This document shows positions 39,564 to 54,556 of a stretch of 64,000 bases of DNA, piece by piece; the stretch's first letter is position 1; each line of letters begins with the position of its first letter. The DNA lies in NCBI RefSeq assembly GCF_009914755.1, contig NC_060925.1. The stretch is one strand, 5' to 3'. The translations under genes were made by a program, and so were the position numbers. The DNA is from the human T2T-CHM13v2.0 reference genome, Homo sapiens. The notes under the pieces are model-generated. The model was given only the letters and a program-made list of their open reading frames with translations. It did no database searches and was not told the origin of the DNA.

Positions 39564-42500
39564 TAGTGTTTCATTGGATGGATGCACCACAGTTTATCTA
39601 TCCATTCACCCTTGAAGGACATTCACATTGTTTACAGTTTTGGACAGTTACAAATAGCGCTGGTATAAATAATTATATACAGATTTTTATGTGATCATCC
39701 ATTTTTTATTTCTCAAATGTAAATATCCACGAGTGGGATTTCTGCATCCTACAGTAGATCACTTTTAACTGTATTTAAAAAGGGCTGAATTCTTTTCCAG
39801 AGTGGCTGTTTCATTTTGCATTTCTATCAGCAATGTGTGCAAGTTTCAGTTGCTCTACAGTCTCATCAGCACTAGGTATAGTCACACTTTAAAAAACTAG
39901 CCATTCTAGTGATATGCAATAAATTTCATTAATATTTTAATATGCATTTTCCTCATAACTAATGGCATTGAACGTCCTTTCATGTGTTTATATGCATTTC
40001 ATATATTTCCTTTCTTAAAATGTCTGTTCAAGTCTTTTGCACATTTTAAAATTAGGTTGTTAGTTTTCTTACTACTCAGTCTTGTAAATTCCTTATTTAC
40101 TCTTGTTATGAGAGCTTTGTCGGCTATGTGCTTTGCAAATATTTCCTCTCAGCAAGAGAATTGTCCTCTCATTTTCTTAATAGTGAGAGTGCAAACATTT
40201 TAAATTTTGTTGGAGACCAATTTATCAATTTTTTGTTTTATGGATTATATTTTTAGTGCCATGTTTAAGAACTTTTTGCCTAACCCTAGATAATGATAAT
40301 TTTCTCTTATGTTGTCTTCTAAACGTTTTATAGTTTTATGTTTTACATCTAGATTTTTGTTCACTTTTAAGTTTTGAGTTAATTTTTGTATAAGATGTGA
40401 GGTTTAGGTGAAGGTTTAACTTTTTCCCCCTGTTGATGTTCAGTTTTTCCAACATCATTTGCTGAAAGGACAAAATTGCTTTTGTACCATTGTCAAAAAA
40501 TAATTGGTCATATTTATGTGAGTTTATTTCTGGATTCTTGTTGAGGTCTATTGGTAATTGTCTATTTCAATACCACATGGTCTTGATTAGTGTAGCTATA
40601 TAGTAAGTCTTAAAATCAGAAAGTATGATTCCTTTAAGTTTATTCTTTTTCAAAATCAGTTCAGTTATGCTAGCTCCTTTGCCTTTCCATAAAAACTTTA
40701 GAATCAGTTTGTCTATGTCCACAAGAACATCCGCCTAGGAATTTTATAGAAATTTCATTAAATCTATTGATCAAATTGGGTAGAACCAACATCTTTACTT
40801 TGTTGAATCTTCTGATTCATGAACATAGTGTATGTCTCAATTTATTTAGGTTAGATAGTCTGTGATTTATTGCATCCATATTTGTAGTTTTCAGCAATAG
40901 ATCCTGGAAATATTTTATTAAATGTATAACTATATATTTCATTTTTGGAGCTATTATAATTTTTTTAAATTTTTTAAGTGTACTTTCCAATTGTACATTG
41001 CTAGTATATAGAAATGCAATGATTTTTGTATGTTAACCTTGTAACCTGAAAAGTTGCTAAATTCACTTATTATGTCTAAGAGATTTTTGGAATTTTCTTG
41101 GGATTTTCTACCTAGAAAATCAAGTCGCCTGTGTTTTATTTATTTCCAATAATCTTCTAGTACAATATTGAATAGAAGTTTTGTAGGTAGACCATCCTTG
41201 CTTTGTTCCTGATCATAGGGAGAAAGCATTTAGTGTTTCACCATTAACTCTATTAGCTGTAGATATTTTGTAGATGGACTTTATCAAGATGAAGAAGTTT
41301 CATTCTATGCCTACTTTGCAGAGAATTTTATCATGAATAGATGTTAAAATTTGGCAAACATTTTTTCTGCATCAATTGACATAAACCTGTCAATGTGCTT
41401 TTTTTTTTTTTTTCTGGAGGATTACATTGATTGATATCTAATATCGAGACAGCCTTGCAATCCTGGTTTACAAAATAAACCTCACTTTGTTATTACATGT
41501 TATTCATTTTACATCTTCATTTGATTTGCTAGTATTTTATTGAGAATGCTTGCATTATGGTCATGAGAAATATTTCTTTGTATTTCTCTCTCTCGTCTGT
41601 TTTGTTGTCTGGTTTTGGTACAAGGGTTACTCTTTGGAGGCCAGGATTACTCTTCTGGCCTCGTAAAATGAACTGGGAAGTGTTCATTCTTCACCTATTT
41701 TCTGAAGGAAATTTTTTGGAATTGGCATTGTTTCTTCTATAATAGTTTGGTAAAATACACCAATGAAACTACCTGGGCCTGGAGATTTCTTTGGCAAAAG
41801 GATTTTTAACAATAATTCAATTTCTTTAACAGGTATTGGTTTGCCTATGTTATCTTGGTAGTACTTCATGATTTTCAAAAAATATGTTCATTCCATCTAC
41901 ATTGCCAAATTCCTTTACATCGATTTTTTTCATAGTATTATCTTATTATCCTTTTAATGGTTGTAGGATCTGTGATGATATCCCCTATTTATTCCTGATA
42001 TTGACAATTTGTGTATTTCATTTTTTTCTTTGTCAATCTTGCCAGAAATTTATCAATTGTGTTGATTTCTAAAACCGTGCTCATTGTTTTTACTGATTTT
42101 ATCTATTGTCTTTCTGATTTAAACTATTAATTTATGCTTATATCTTTATGAGTATACTCTTCATTCTACTTACTTTCAGTTTATTTAGCTCTTCTTTTTC
42201 TATTTTATTAAGGTGGAAACTTAGAGTATTAACTGAAGATCTTTCTTATTTTCTAATAGCATATAATGCTATAAGCTTTCCCTGTAAGCACTGCTTTAGC
42301 TGTATCACATACATTTTAATATGTGCATTTTCATTTTCATTCAGTTAAAAATATTTTCTAATCCCCTGAGACTTCATCTTTGACCATGGATTATTTAGAA
42401 ATGCGTTGTCAAATATTTGTTCAGACATTTTCCTATCTTTCTCTTATTCACTTATACATTAATTTTGTGAGGTCAGAGAACATATTTTATATTATTTCAT

Positions 42501-44350
42501 TTTTTTGCATTTTAAACATTGGTTTTATGAACTAGGATATAGTCTATCTTAATGAATGTTCCATGCTCCCTTGAAAAGCATGTGTATTTTCCTGTTACTG
42601 GGTGGAGTGCTCTAAAAATATCAATTAGATTCAATTGGTTGATGGTGTTGTTCAGTTCTTCTATAGTCTTGATGATTTTTTTCTCTCTTAGTTTTAACTA
42701 TTACAGAACGAAGAGTTTTGAAGTCTCTAACTATAATTGTAGATTTGCCTATTTCTACTCTCAGTTCTGTTAGTTTTTGCTTCCTGTATTTTCAGTGCAC
42801 ATTTAGAATTGTTACATATGCTTGGTGAATTGATTCCTTTATCAATATGTGGAAACATTATCATCCTATAGTCCCCTTTATCCTTTCCTCTTTATGTCGT
42901 AGTTGCCATATATATTAGATCTGTATACATTGAAAACTCTATCATTCAATGTTAAATGTTTTGCTTTAAATTATCAAACGATCTTAGAGAACTCAAGAGG
43001 AAAAGAATTGTCTATTATAGGTACCCCAATACTTACTATTTCTTTTGCTGTTCTTTCATCCTTGTTCCAAATTTCCTTCTGGTATTATTTTTCTTCTATC
43101 TGAAAAATTTCCTTTAGAAATTATCTTAGAGCTGACTTGCTGGCAACAAATTCCCTTAATTCTCCTTCATCTGAGGATGTCTTTAGTTCACCTTCATTTC
43201 TCAGCAGTATTTTTGCTGAATATAGAATTCTGGTTTGGCAGTTCTTTTCAGCACCTTAAAATATGTGTCACTTCCTTCTACCCTCTATGGTTTCTGATGA
43301 GAAATCTACAGTCATTTAAATTGTTCCTCTATAGGAAATGCATAATTTATCTCTGCTCTTGTTCAAGATTTTTTTTGTCTTTATTTTTGTAGCATTTTGA
43401 TTATGATGTGTCTGAACATGGATTTATTTGGATTCATACTGTTTGATTTTCACTGAACCTGAATCTATGGGTTATTTTCTTTCTCCTAGTGTTGGCATTT
43501 TTTGGCCATTATTTCTTCAAGTGTGTTTTAGCACCACACTATTTGTCATCCCATTCTAGAACTCCTACGATGTAAATGTTAAACCTTTTTTTTAAAAATT
43601 GTCCCACACATCTTTGAGACTGTTTATTTTTTCTCTCAGTCTGGTTTTTCTCTGTTTATCAGATTGGATAATTTCTACTGATTTATTTTCGAGTTTACTG
43701 ATTCTTTCCTCTTCCATTGCCATTTTCCTATTGAGCAGACCCAATAAGATTTTTATTGTGGGTTATTGTATTCTTCAATTCTAAAATTTCCATTTGATTT
43801 TTCTTTCTATTTCTTATTTCCTATTGCTGAGGTTTTCTACTTTAACTTTGTTTCAGGAGTGTTTGTGACTGCTTGTTGGAACAATTTTTATAATAGTTTC
43901 TCCAAAAGGCTGTTAGAAAAGTCCAACATCTGTATCTTCTAAACATCCGTATCTGTTCATTGCCTTCTTGATGTAGGTTGAAATTTTTCTGGTTTTTCTT
44001 AGGCCAAATAATTTTAGATAGTATCTGGGACATTTTTAATGTGTTTTGAGACTATGTGTCTTGCTTAACTCTTATGGAATATGTGATACTTTTGTTTTAC
44101 CAACCAATCAAATTGATGAGTTTCAGTCCACAAGTTCCAACTGACCTTCTCATGGCTATGGTTTCAAAACTAGGTCAGTTTTCAAAGTTTTTGCAGTTAT
44201 TCAGATTTTTCCTGTGTGTGCACCACCCAGTGTCCAGTATGGTCATAGGTGCAGGTGGATCTGTTGGTTTAATTCTGGAAGTTTTTGATATGCTAAATTA
44301 GGATTGGATTCTCACTCCACTGGGGAGCCCAGGAGTTCATAAACATCTTT

Positions 44351-44664
44351 TCAGTTTTTTTTTTTTTTTTTTTTTTTTTTTGACAGAGTTTCACTCTTGT
44401 CGCTCAGGCTGAAATGCAATGGCATGATCTTGGCTCACTGCAACCTCCGCCCCCCTGGTTCAAGCAATTCTCCTGCCTCAGCCTCCTGAGTATCTGGGAT
44501 TACAGGCGCCAGCCAGCACACCCGGCTAATTTTTGTATTTTTAGTAGAGATGGGGTTTCGCCACATTGGCCAGGCTGGTCTCGAACTCCTGACCTCAGGT
44601 GATCCACCTGCCTCAGTCCCCATCAAAGTGCTGGGATTACAGGCATGAGCCACCGGGCCCGGCC
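44351..44664 (-). mobile_element. Alu (AluSq/Sp-like)
   Basis: 20-bp TSD aggagttcataaacatcttt at 44331-44350 and 44665-44684. Confidence 0.96.
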
Positions 44665-45018
44665 AGGAGTTCATAAACATCTTTATGAGGTTCTTTTCCC
44701 AAGCTCTTAACCAATGGATTCTCTTAATTTTCTGTTTTCTTGGGGTCCTCTTTTCAGTCCTCCAACTAGAAATCTGGGGCTTTAGTTATCCTACTCAGCC
44801 ACATATGCCCACATTTTTTCCACACAGTGCAAGGAGAGAGACAGAGACAGAGAGGGAAAGTAACATTGATGTGCTCCACCCTCTTGGGACCACAGCTCCA
44901 CTGAAATGAGAAGAAGTCTCCTCTTCCTCAGACATCTGGCCCCTGTAGGCACCTGTTGCCATCATTGTTAGCACTTGGAGCCTGGGTGCAAGGAACAGAG
45001 AAAAAAGAAGAGACGGAC

Positions 45019-45205
45019 AGGAGAGAAGGGAGGGAAGGGAAGGGAAGGGAAGGGAAGGGAAGGGAAGGGAAGGGAAGGGAAGGGGAGTGGGGGATGAGGG
45101 GAGGGGAGGGGAGGGAGGGAGGGGGAAGGAGGGAGGGAGGGAGTGGGTTGGGAGGGAGGGAGTGGGGAGGGAGAGAGGTGGAAGGAAGGAAGGGAGGAAG
45201 GTAGG
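45019..45205 (+). repeat. (AGGGA)10 plus G/A-rich low-complexity tract
   Basis: Purine-only from 45019 to 45087, followed by many GGG runs. Confidence 0.95.
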
Positions 45206-45766
45206 AAGGCCACTCTCTGCCTCTACCACTCCTTAAGCCAAACCAGAGGTCTTCTCCTGGACCTCTCCCTGTCCACTTCTGGGTTTCAACTATGAGATCA
45301 AGTTAGAAGCTACCAGAAGGGGAACAATGATAAACTCACTACAAGCTTAGGGGTATTTCCAGTTCTGATCTCCTACTCTTTGCCTTTCAAAATTCTCACA
45401 TAGTGACTCTGAATTCTGTCCAGCTCTCATAGCTCAAATTCAGTAGGAGACATAGGGTGAATTGTGCTTATTCCATTATATCCAAAACCAAAACTCAGGT
45501 AAAAAAGTTTCAGATTCCAAACTGAATGTATTATGCACACAAAATATGAGAAATAAAACTGCTATAAAGTTTGAAGAATAATATAATAAATACCAGTGTA
45601 CCCTCATCTAACTTAAAAACTTAACACACAAACTATTCCCTGAGAAGCTCTTGTGTCTTCCATGCCTAGCCTTCTTCCTTCCATACAGAGGCAATCAGTA
45701 ACTTGACCTTAAATGTAACCATTCTCTTGTATCCCTTTATAGTTTTATCATTTTAGCATATAACTC

Positions 45767-46319
45767 TGTGATGATTAATATTGAGTGCCAACTCGATTTG
45801 ATTGAAGGATGTAAAGTATTGTTCCTGGTGTGTCTGTGAGGGTGTTGTCAAAGGAGATTAACATTTGAGTCAGTGGAGAGGGAGAGGTGGACCCACCCTC
45901 AATCTGAGTGGGCACATCTAATCAGCTGCCAGCACAGCTAGAATAAAGCAGGCAGGAGAAGATGGAAGAGCAGACTTGCTGAGTCTTCTGGCCTTCATCT
46001 TTCTCCCATGCTGGATACTTCCTGCCCTTGAACATCAGACTCCAAGTTCTTCAGCTTTTGGACTCTTGGACTTATACCAGTGGTTTGCCAGGGGCTCTTG
46101 GGCCTTTGACCACAGAATGAAGGCTGCACTATCGGTTTCCTTACTTTTAAAGTTTTGGGATTCGAACTGATCCACCACCGGTTTCCTTAATCTTTAACTT
46201 GCAGATGGCCAGTGGTGGGACTTCACCTTGTGATCATGTGAGTCAATTCTCCTTAATAAGCTCCCTTTCGTATATACATATATTCTATTCATTCTCTTCC
46301 TCTAGAGAACCCTAATACG
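45767..46319 (+). mobile_element. Solo ERVL LTR, MLT2A family (MLT2A2-like by length)
   Basis: Start tgtgatgattaatattgagtg, internal aaaggagattaacatttgagtcagtgg, end ctagagaaccctaatac. About 550 bp. Confidence 0.88.
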
Positions 46320-46369
46320 AGCCCTGAAAAAGACAGTGTTTGGCTTTTATTTTTTACACTTTAACTTTT

Positions 46370-47030
46370 TAAAATTAAGTTTTATATAGAAAAGTGCACA
46401 GATCTTGCTTTTAGAAGTTGAATAATTATCCCAAAGTGAACACACTTTTTATCCATTACCTGATCTACATATAAAGTATCGCCAGCACCCCAGAGTCCCC
46501 TCAGACCCTCTAAATCACTATTTCTACCTTCTTCCCCAAAGGTAACCAAAAGGTACCAAAAGGTAAACAAAGATGCTAACTTCTAATATCTCAGATTATT
46601 TTTATCTGTGTCTGAACTTCATATGAATAGAAACCTACAGAACGCATGTTATATGTTTAGCTTCTTCTCCCTAAGGTTACATTTGTGAGATCCAACCTTA
46701 TTGCATATAGCACAGTGGTTGATTTTCATTGCCATATAGTATTCCTATATATGAATTCTATAGTTATATTATATTTATTTATACTCATTTATTACTTCAT
46801 TCTCATGTTGATGAAAATTTGGGTTTGTTCCAGCGTTTTATTGTTATAAATAATATTATGAAGATATTTCGTATGTATCTTTTGGTGCATATTCTGTTGG
46901 GTGTATACCTACAAGTGAAATTGCTGGGTCACAGGCTATGCATATGTACAGCATTAGTACATACTACCAGTTTTCCAGAGTGGTTTTCCCAATCTACACT
47001 CCCACCGGCAGATATGAGCGTTCCAGTTCC
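46370..47030 (-). mobile_element. L1ME-type 3' fragment (similar sequence at ~45500-45766)
   Basis: atagaaaagtgcacag...gaattgctgggtc-type L1ME reverse pattern. Confidence 0.7.
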
Positions 47031-48111
47031 AGAAGGAAGGTATTTTTTAAGACACAAACAGCCTTATTTAGAGGGAAATATCATCATCTAGAATGGATAT
47101 CAGGCAAAAATGAAAAACTATAATGACAATGCTCCCTAGACTTTTCTTAAACCTTGCCCTTCAGGCTTATGACCAATGTAATCACTGGAAGATTCCCTTC
47201 TAAACTGATAAAGCTGAAGGCATAGAAGAAATAAGAAAAGCCTTAAAATATGAAATAAAATAAAGGTATATGTTTCCTGGAACAGTACAATCTTGGATTA
47301 TCCCACAGAGAGATTAAAATATTATTTTCTGATAAGATTTTTTTTAACTGCAAGTGCTCCAACCTTTAATTAAATGGTTCAAAGAGACCCAATAGATCTT
47401 AAAATGTAAGTACTACAAACATTTTTGAAAAGTTTTAAATAACAAATAGTCACATATATAAAGTTATGAGCTACCTTTCATTACTGACATTCTGAAGGAA
47501 ATATATGGGGCTGCCTGGGGAATGTTTTTGAAAGTCTCAAAAGGCCCTAACCTGCCAAACAAGAATCCCCCACAAGCCTGTTATAATGTCAGAAACTTCC
47601 AGTATAATTCCCATTTGTCTTAAAGACCAATTGATCATTGTATCTAGAATATATATTTTCAGGGAGGTGGAAACAACACAAAGGAAATCTACTTTTTATT
47701 TGTTTTTTCAAATGATAATATCATTTTTGTCATACCTTTTTTTTTCAGGGGTGATCAATCAATGCTGAGGCATTTGTACACTTGCATCTTATGGTTTTGG
47801 AAATTGTGAGATGATTGATTATGGTCAGTATTATTCATAGAACCCATAGAACCAATTGTTCAGTCATGAGATAACTGACCTGAAGCAGATTTAACCAGCA
47901 CCGTGTCATAAGGCTGCAGTCCACTGACCTACCCGCAGTCATGTTAAATGCTCAACATGAAACAATATGTACCCTGGTTAAATACTTTACACCTTTTAAT
48001 AGAATCTTCTTGAACAAAAACAAATGCATAGTGTCAAAGATGAAGGAAAGTACTTTTCAAACTTTCCCAAGTAATGTTAATGTGTTGTCTGATTCGAGAA
48101 TCTCTTCACTA

Positions 48112-48112
<1 letters not shown>

Positions 48113-48148
<36 letters not shown>
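48113..48148. repeat. (TG)18 microsatellite
   Basis: Perfect dinucleotide run. Confidence 0.98.
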
Positions 48149-48149
<1 letters not shown>

Positions 48150-48358
48150 TCTATGAAGCATGGAAGAATAAAGGTGTAAACAACATTACCACAAAACAAT
48201 ATTTGCCCTAATGAAAACCTTAGTCTAGTAGAAAAGCAATACATGTTAATACTCTGTTCAGATCCCCCAATTGTACTCATCATGTTTCATTATGATTATG
48301 TATTCATCTATCTCATTCACTATACTATGAACTCCTTATGGATAGTAATCATCTCTAA

Positions 48359-50010
<1,652 letters not shown>

Positions 50011-51156
50011 TCAGATTTACGCATCGTATTTATCCTTATATTTCCCAGTACATGGCATAGTACCTGAGACAAAATAGGCCAAATAATACATTTCTGAATA
50101 AAAAAGATTAAATTACAACTATGTAGATGGACAAAAAAGCGCTAGGTGAGCATAGCGGCCAAAGACTACATGTGAGATGAGACAAACTGGATTTTAACCA
50201 ACAATTTGGCTTTAGCAGGGATAGTTTAGTTTTAAAGGCAAATAGGTGAACATATAGCTATTGAAATATAGCCCATTTATGTAATTCTTTAGCAAATCTG
50301 CTTTGCCATCTGTCTTTGTCTCTAAATAACTTGGAGTTCAAGAGTTTACAGGAGGTTGCACTGAAGCTCAACTTTTTGGTAAATGGTTATGGAGCACTGA
50401 ACTCACTCTCAAAAGAACAAACAAACAAAACAGTGCTGACTTCCTGTCCACTGCAATTCATCTCTCTCTGCAATTGCCATGACAGTCTCTGATTACTGAT
50501 ATTATTATCCCCAGAAGATGGTTCATGGAAATTCTCATCCCCTGCTAGGCTGTCCCAGTTTCATAAAGTGAAAATCTGGTCGGCTTACTCTTGAGGGGAA
50601 AAAAAGGCCACCAAAAAAAAAAAAAAAAAAAAAAAGAAGAAGAAGAAAAAGGCAGTATAAAAAAGATACCAGCTGCCACGATGCTGCATTAATGCAAACA
50701 CAGCAGAGTGAAGAGAGGATCTCTATTTTGCTGTTTCATTTCTCTTCTTCTTTTCTACTCCTTTTGTGACAATATCACCAGAGAGTTAATGGAAGCACTG
50801 TTATAGAATTTTCTGAGCAATAAAATGGCTACCTTCCATTATTACCTCAATCCCAATATCATCCTCCCTCTAGAGTAGGAGAATTTAGCAGCAGTCTTCC
50901 CTCTTTTAATCTGTCTCCATCTCCCACTGCCCTTTTCCAAATATGGTATACATATGTGTAGCTACACCATATTTAAACTGGCAAAATATCTTGGTGGCAC
51001 CAATGAAATCAATAATACATCACTAACTAGGATGTCCTGAACTTTATATTTGTGAACTATATAGTTGTTCATCTTAAATGCCTCTGTATTGACAAGGTGT
51101 GTATTTATTTAAAATTATTGTAAATAAAAGTAAACTACTTTAAAAAGATAAACTAG

Positions 51157-51483
<327 letters not shown>

Positions 51484-53169
51484 TCATGCACCTTAAATAC
51501 TTTCAGAACACTCATTTAGGGGATTGATAACATTAATGCTAAAAACAAAACCCATGCAGATAATTTTGTCTAGCATTTATCTTACAGATGAGGAATATAA
51601 AGCTTTGAAAAGCAAAAGAACTTGATACCATCATTAAGGCAGCCACCCAAAGATTTCTACAAAGCCAGTTTTTATTAGCTTATATCCAAATGTAGTTTCA
51701 ACACTGCATTCATAATTTTCTAACACACTTATTAATGTTTCATTTGACTTTAATCAGGTAAATGTTCCTAACATATTAGTATTTACATTTATAACACCAA
51801 GATCAGTTACTCTCTCCTTTTTATTTAATTTAGAAGCTATTGGATATATTGATTTATAATCTGTAACAGTAAAACACTAAATATGGCAGGAAAGTATATT
51901 AAGGAATATGAGGTATGAATCCACAAATGAGAAAAATTGGAATTCTCAAAATATATTCTTATTTATATTAAAAGTTTTCAATGAAAGACAAATTGTAACT
52001 ATTTTACAAAGATAAAAAGCATTGCTGACCCACTATTACTGAAAACACACTAGAATAATTATTGCCTTTTAATATGCTCTCTTCCTACCTTAAAACAATT
52101 GAACCTAAAGATAAAATATAAATATTAATTGAAAATGAGTTGTTCTGCAGTCAGCCACGGGGAAAATCCCTAAAACACAACATAAAAGAAAAAAATGCAT
52201 AAATTAAACTGGCAAAGTTTAAATGTTTCTACTTTTATGTACATTACATGCTTTTTATAATGAGTATGAATAAATGATACCAAAGAAAATCTTGGTAAAT
52301 ATTGGAGTGAACCAGTTCCTAAATAAACCCTCAATTTTTTTTCAACATATTCCGTAATTTCCTCACTAAGACAGGATATTCTCCAGATGTATAAAGACTA
52401 CAGAAAGCAGATGCAGATTATCCTCAAAATAATTGCAAAGATTGGTAGCTTGTCAAATATAGCGTCCTCATCTGAAGAAATTAACTATAGTTAGCAAGCA
52501 TCAATAACAATGGAAAGTCATTTTTCAGAGATATTAACAGATGTAAGCTACATTTCCTGTGCCCATGAATTGCCACACCAACTTCCTCTGGTCCTCTTCT
52601 AATATTACACAGAAATTAAGGGGGAGTGGGGATGGAGCTAGGGGTTGGTGGGGAGACAGGTCTGGTAGCTATACGAAAGGAGGAGTAAAGAAAAATCAAG
52701 AACAAAAAATTTTTTTTCTATGTATCTAGGGTTCCCATCACCATCCTTGCCTACCCTTCTGTTGCTACCTCCCAGCTCCCCCAACAACAACAACAAAAAA
52801 TGGGATTCATTTTACCATATTGGTCAAGGAAAAGAATACCTGACCCTAATGATAATCCGACGTTAAGGAAGCCAGATGTGTACTACACAAATATATGAAA
52901 GGAGGATAAAAAGTTATGGACACATTCAAGCAAATGTTTCAAGGGGAATGAAGATTTATGGCATAAATCTAATAGGAAAGATGTGTTGTGAACCATCTGG
53001 TAACTGACTTTTATAGCCCCATACATTAGCATCTGTTGTCATGTTTTCAAAGTACAGAATTCCAAAACTGTGCTGATGAGTCTTCTGAATGCAATGAGTT
53101 TGCTATGCACTGGGTTTTTTTTTTTTTTAATCCTTAAGAAAATAGGCTTGGACTTGACCTCTAAATGAC

Positions 53170-53370
53170 ATTTTGTATGGTGTTTTATTGATTCACATAA
53201 GCACTCTCCCTGTGATACCTTTGTTTAGCCCTCACAACCACGTTATGGGCAGGTGGGCATTATAATTATAACCACCATTTTACAGATGATGTAGTTGAGT
53301 TCAGAGAGTGTCAGTGATTTTTCCAAGGTTATGTGGGTGATGGGTGCATAGCCAGGACCTTGAGCTATAC
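53170..53370 (-). mobile_element. MIR
   Basis: cctcacaaccac...ccattttacagatgatgtagttgag...ttccaaggtta. Confidence 0.75.
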
Positions 53371-54241
53371 ATTCCTTGATTTATTCACTTCCTTAGATGG
53401 TCCATCAGCTTTGAAACAAAATGCAAGCTTTGTCAGCTACCAGAGTATCCATCCTCCTGTGGCTCACCAGACTGCTCTGAACAAGGTGTAAATTCCTTGA
53501 GTGGAGAGACTAAGGATTCTGAGTGCCTTGCAAATTAACTTTCTCAGGAGAACAGCAAAGCACTGTTGAATGAAGTAATGAAAAAAGGAAAGCCAAGTAA
53601 TTCCTAGCACCTAGAATATACTCAACAACATGCTAGATGCTGGAATAAATAAACAAAATACAGACTGTGTCCCAGTAAGACCATCAAAATGGAAAGTGCA
53701 AAGTGTGAGTTGTTATAAGAACTGAATTGTTCAATATAAACATATATATTTGTGTAGTCAAGAGTATCTCACAGAGAAGTTAGGATTTCAGCTGTATTTG
53801 GAAATAATAAACTTAATATCAATGCAGAAAATGGGTGGGGGTAGAAGGTAGCTTTTAAACACACTAAAAAGAAAGCAGAAGAAAAATAATAGAGTTTTTA
53901 AAGTAGCATTAAAAATGATCTCAGTAAAATTGAAAATGTATTCATTTTATTTTTAATGTCTAAGTTTATATAATAAGAAACCTAATCACTTCATACTTTG
54001 TCAGCTGTCCAAGAGGGAAATCATGTTTTGATATTTTCACTCTTTTATTTTAAGAGTCACGATTTGGAAATCATTGTCTGAAAAAAAAAAAATGCTCTCT
54101 AAAAGCATAAGTCTATATTGACCGAAATCTACCGCTTTCCTTATTTAAACTATGTGGAGTACCAACAATGTGCTAAGACAATGGCAGACCCAGAGGCATG
54201 TTAAATCCTAAGCAGGGTTTGCTCTTAAGATACTTTGCTCA

Positions 54242-54556
54242 GGCTGGGCGCAGTGGCTCACGCCTGTAATCCCAGCACTTTGGGAGGCCGAGGCAGGCGT
54301 ATCATCTGAGGTCAGGAGTTCGAGACCAGCCTGGCCAACTTGGTGAAAGAAACCCTGTCTCTACTAAAAAATACAAAAAAAATTAGCCAGGCATGGTGGC
54401 AGGCGCCTTAATTCCAGCTAGTTGGGAGGCAGAGGCAGGAGAATCGTTTGAACCTGGGAGGCGGAGGTTGCAGTGAGCCGAGATCTAGCCATTGCACTCC
54501 AGCCTGGGGGACAAGAGCGAGACTTCTCTGAGAAAAAAAAAAGAAAAAAAAAAAAA
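54242..54556 (+). mobile_element. Alu (AluSq-like)
   Basis: gggggacaagagcgagact. TSD aagatac(t/a)ttgctca at 54227-54241 and 54557-54571. Confidence 0.96.

Noticed and set aside
44795-45229. Pro/Ser- and Gly/Arg/Glu-rich ORFs
   Set aside because: They are translations of the (AGGGA)n low-complexity tract.
46536-46572. Triplicated ccaaaaggta unit
   Set aside because: Simple slippage duplication within an L1ME fragment.
53997-54077. Minus-strand 81-nt exon after (T)12CAG
   Set aside because: Weak donor (AAA|GTATGA), stops in all frames, and the acceptor is explainable by a chance poly-T.
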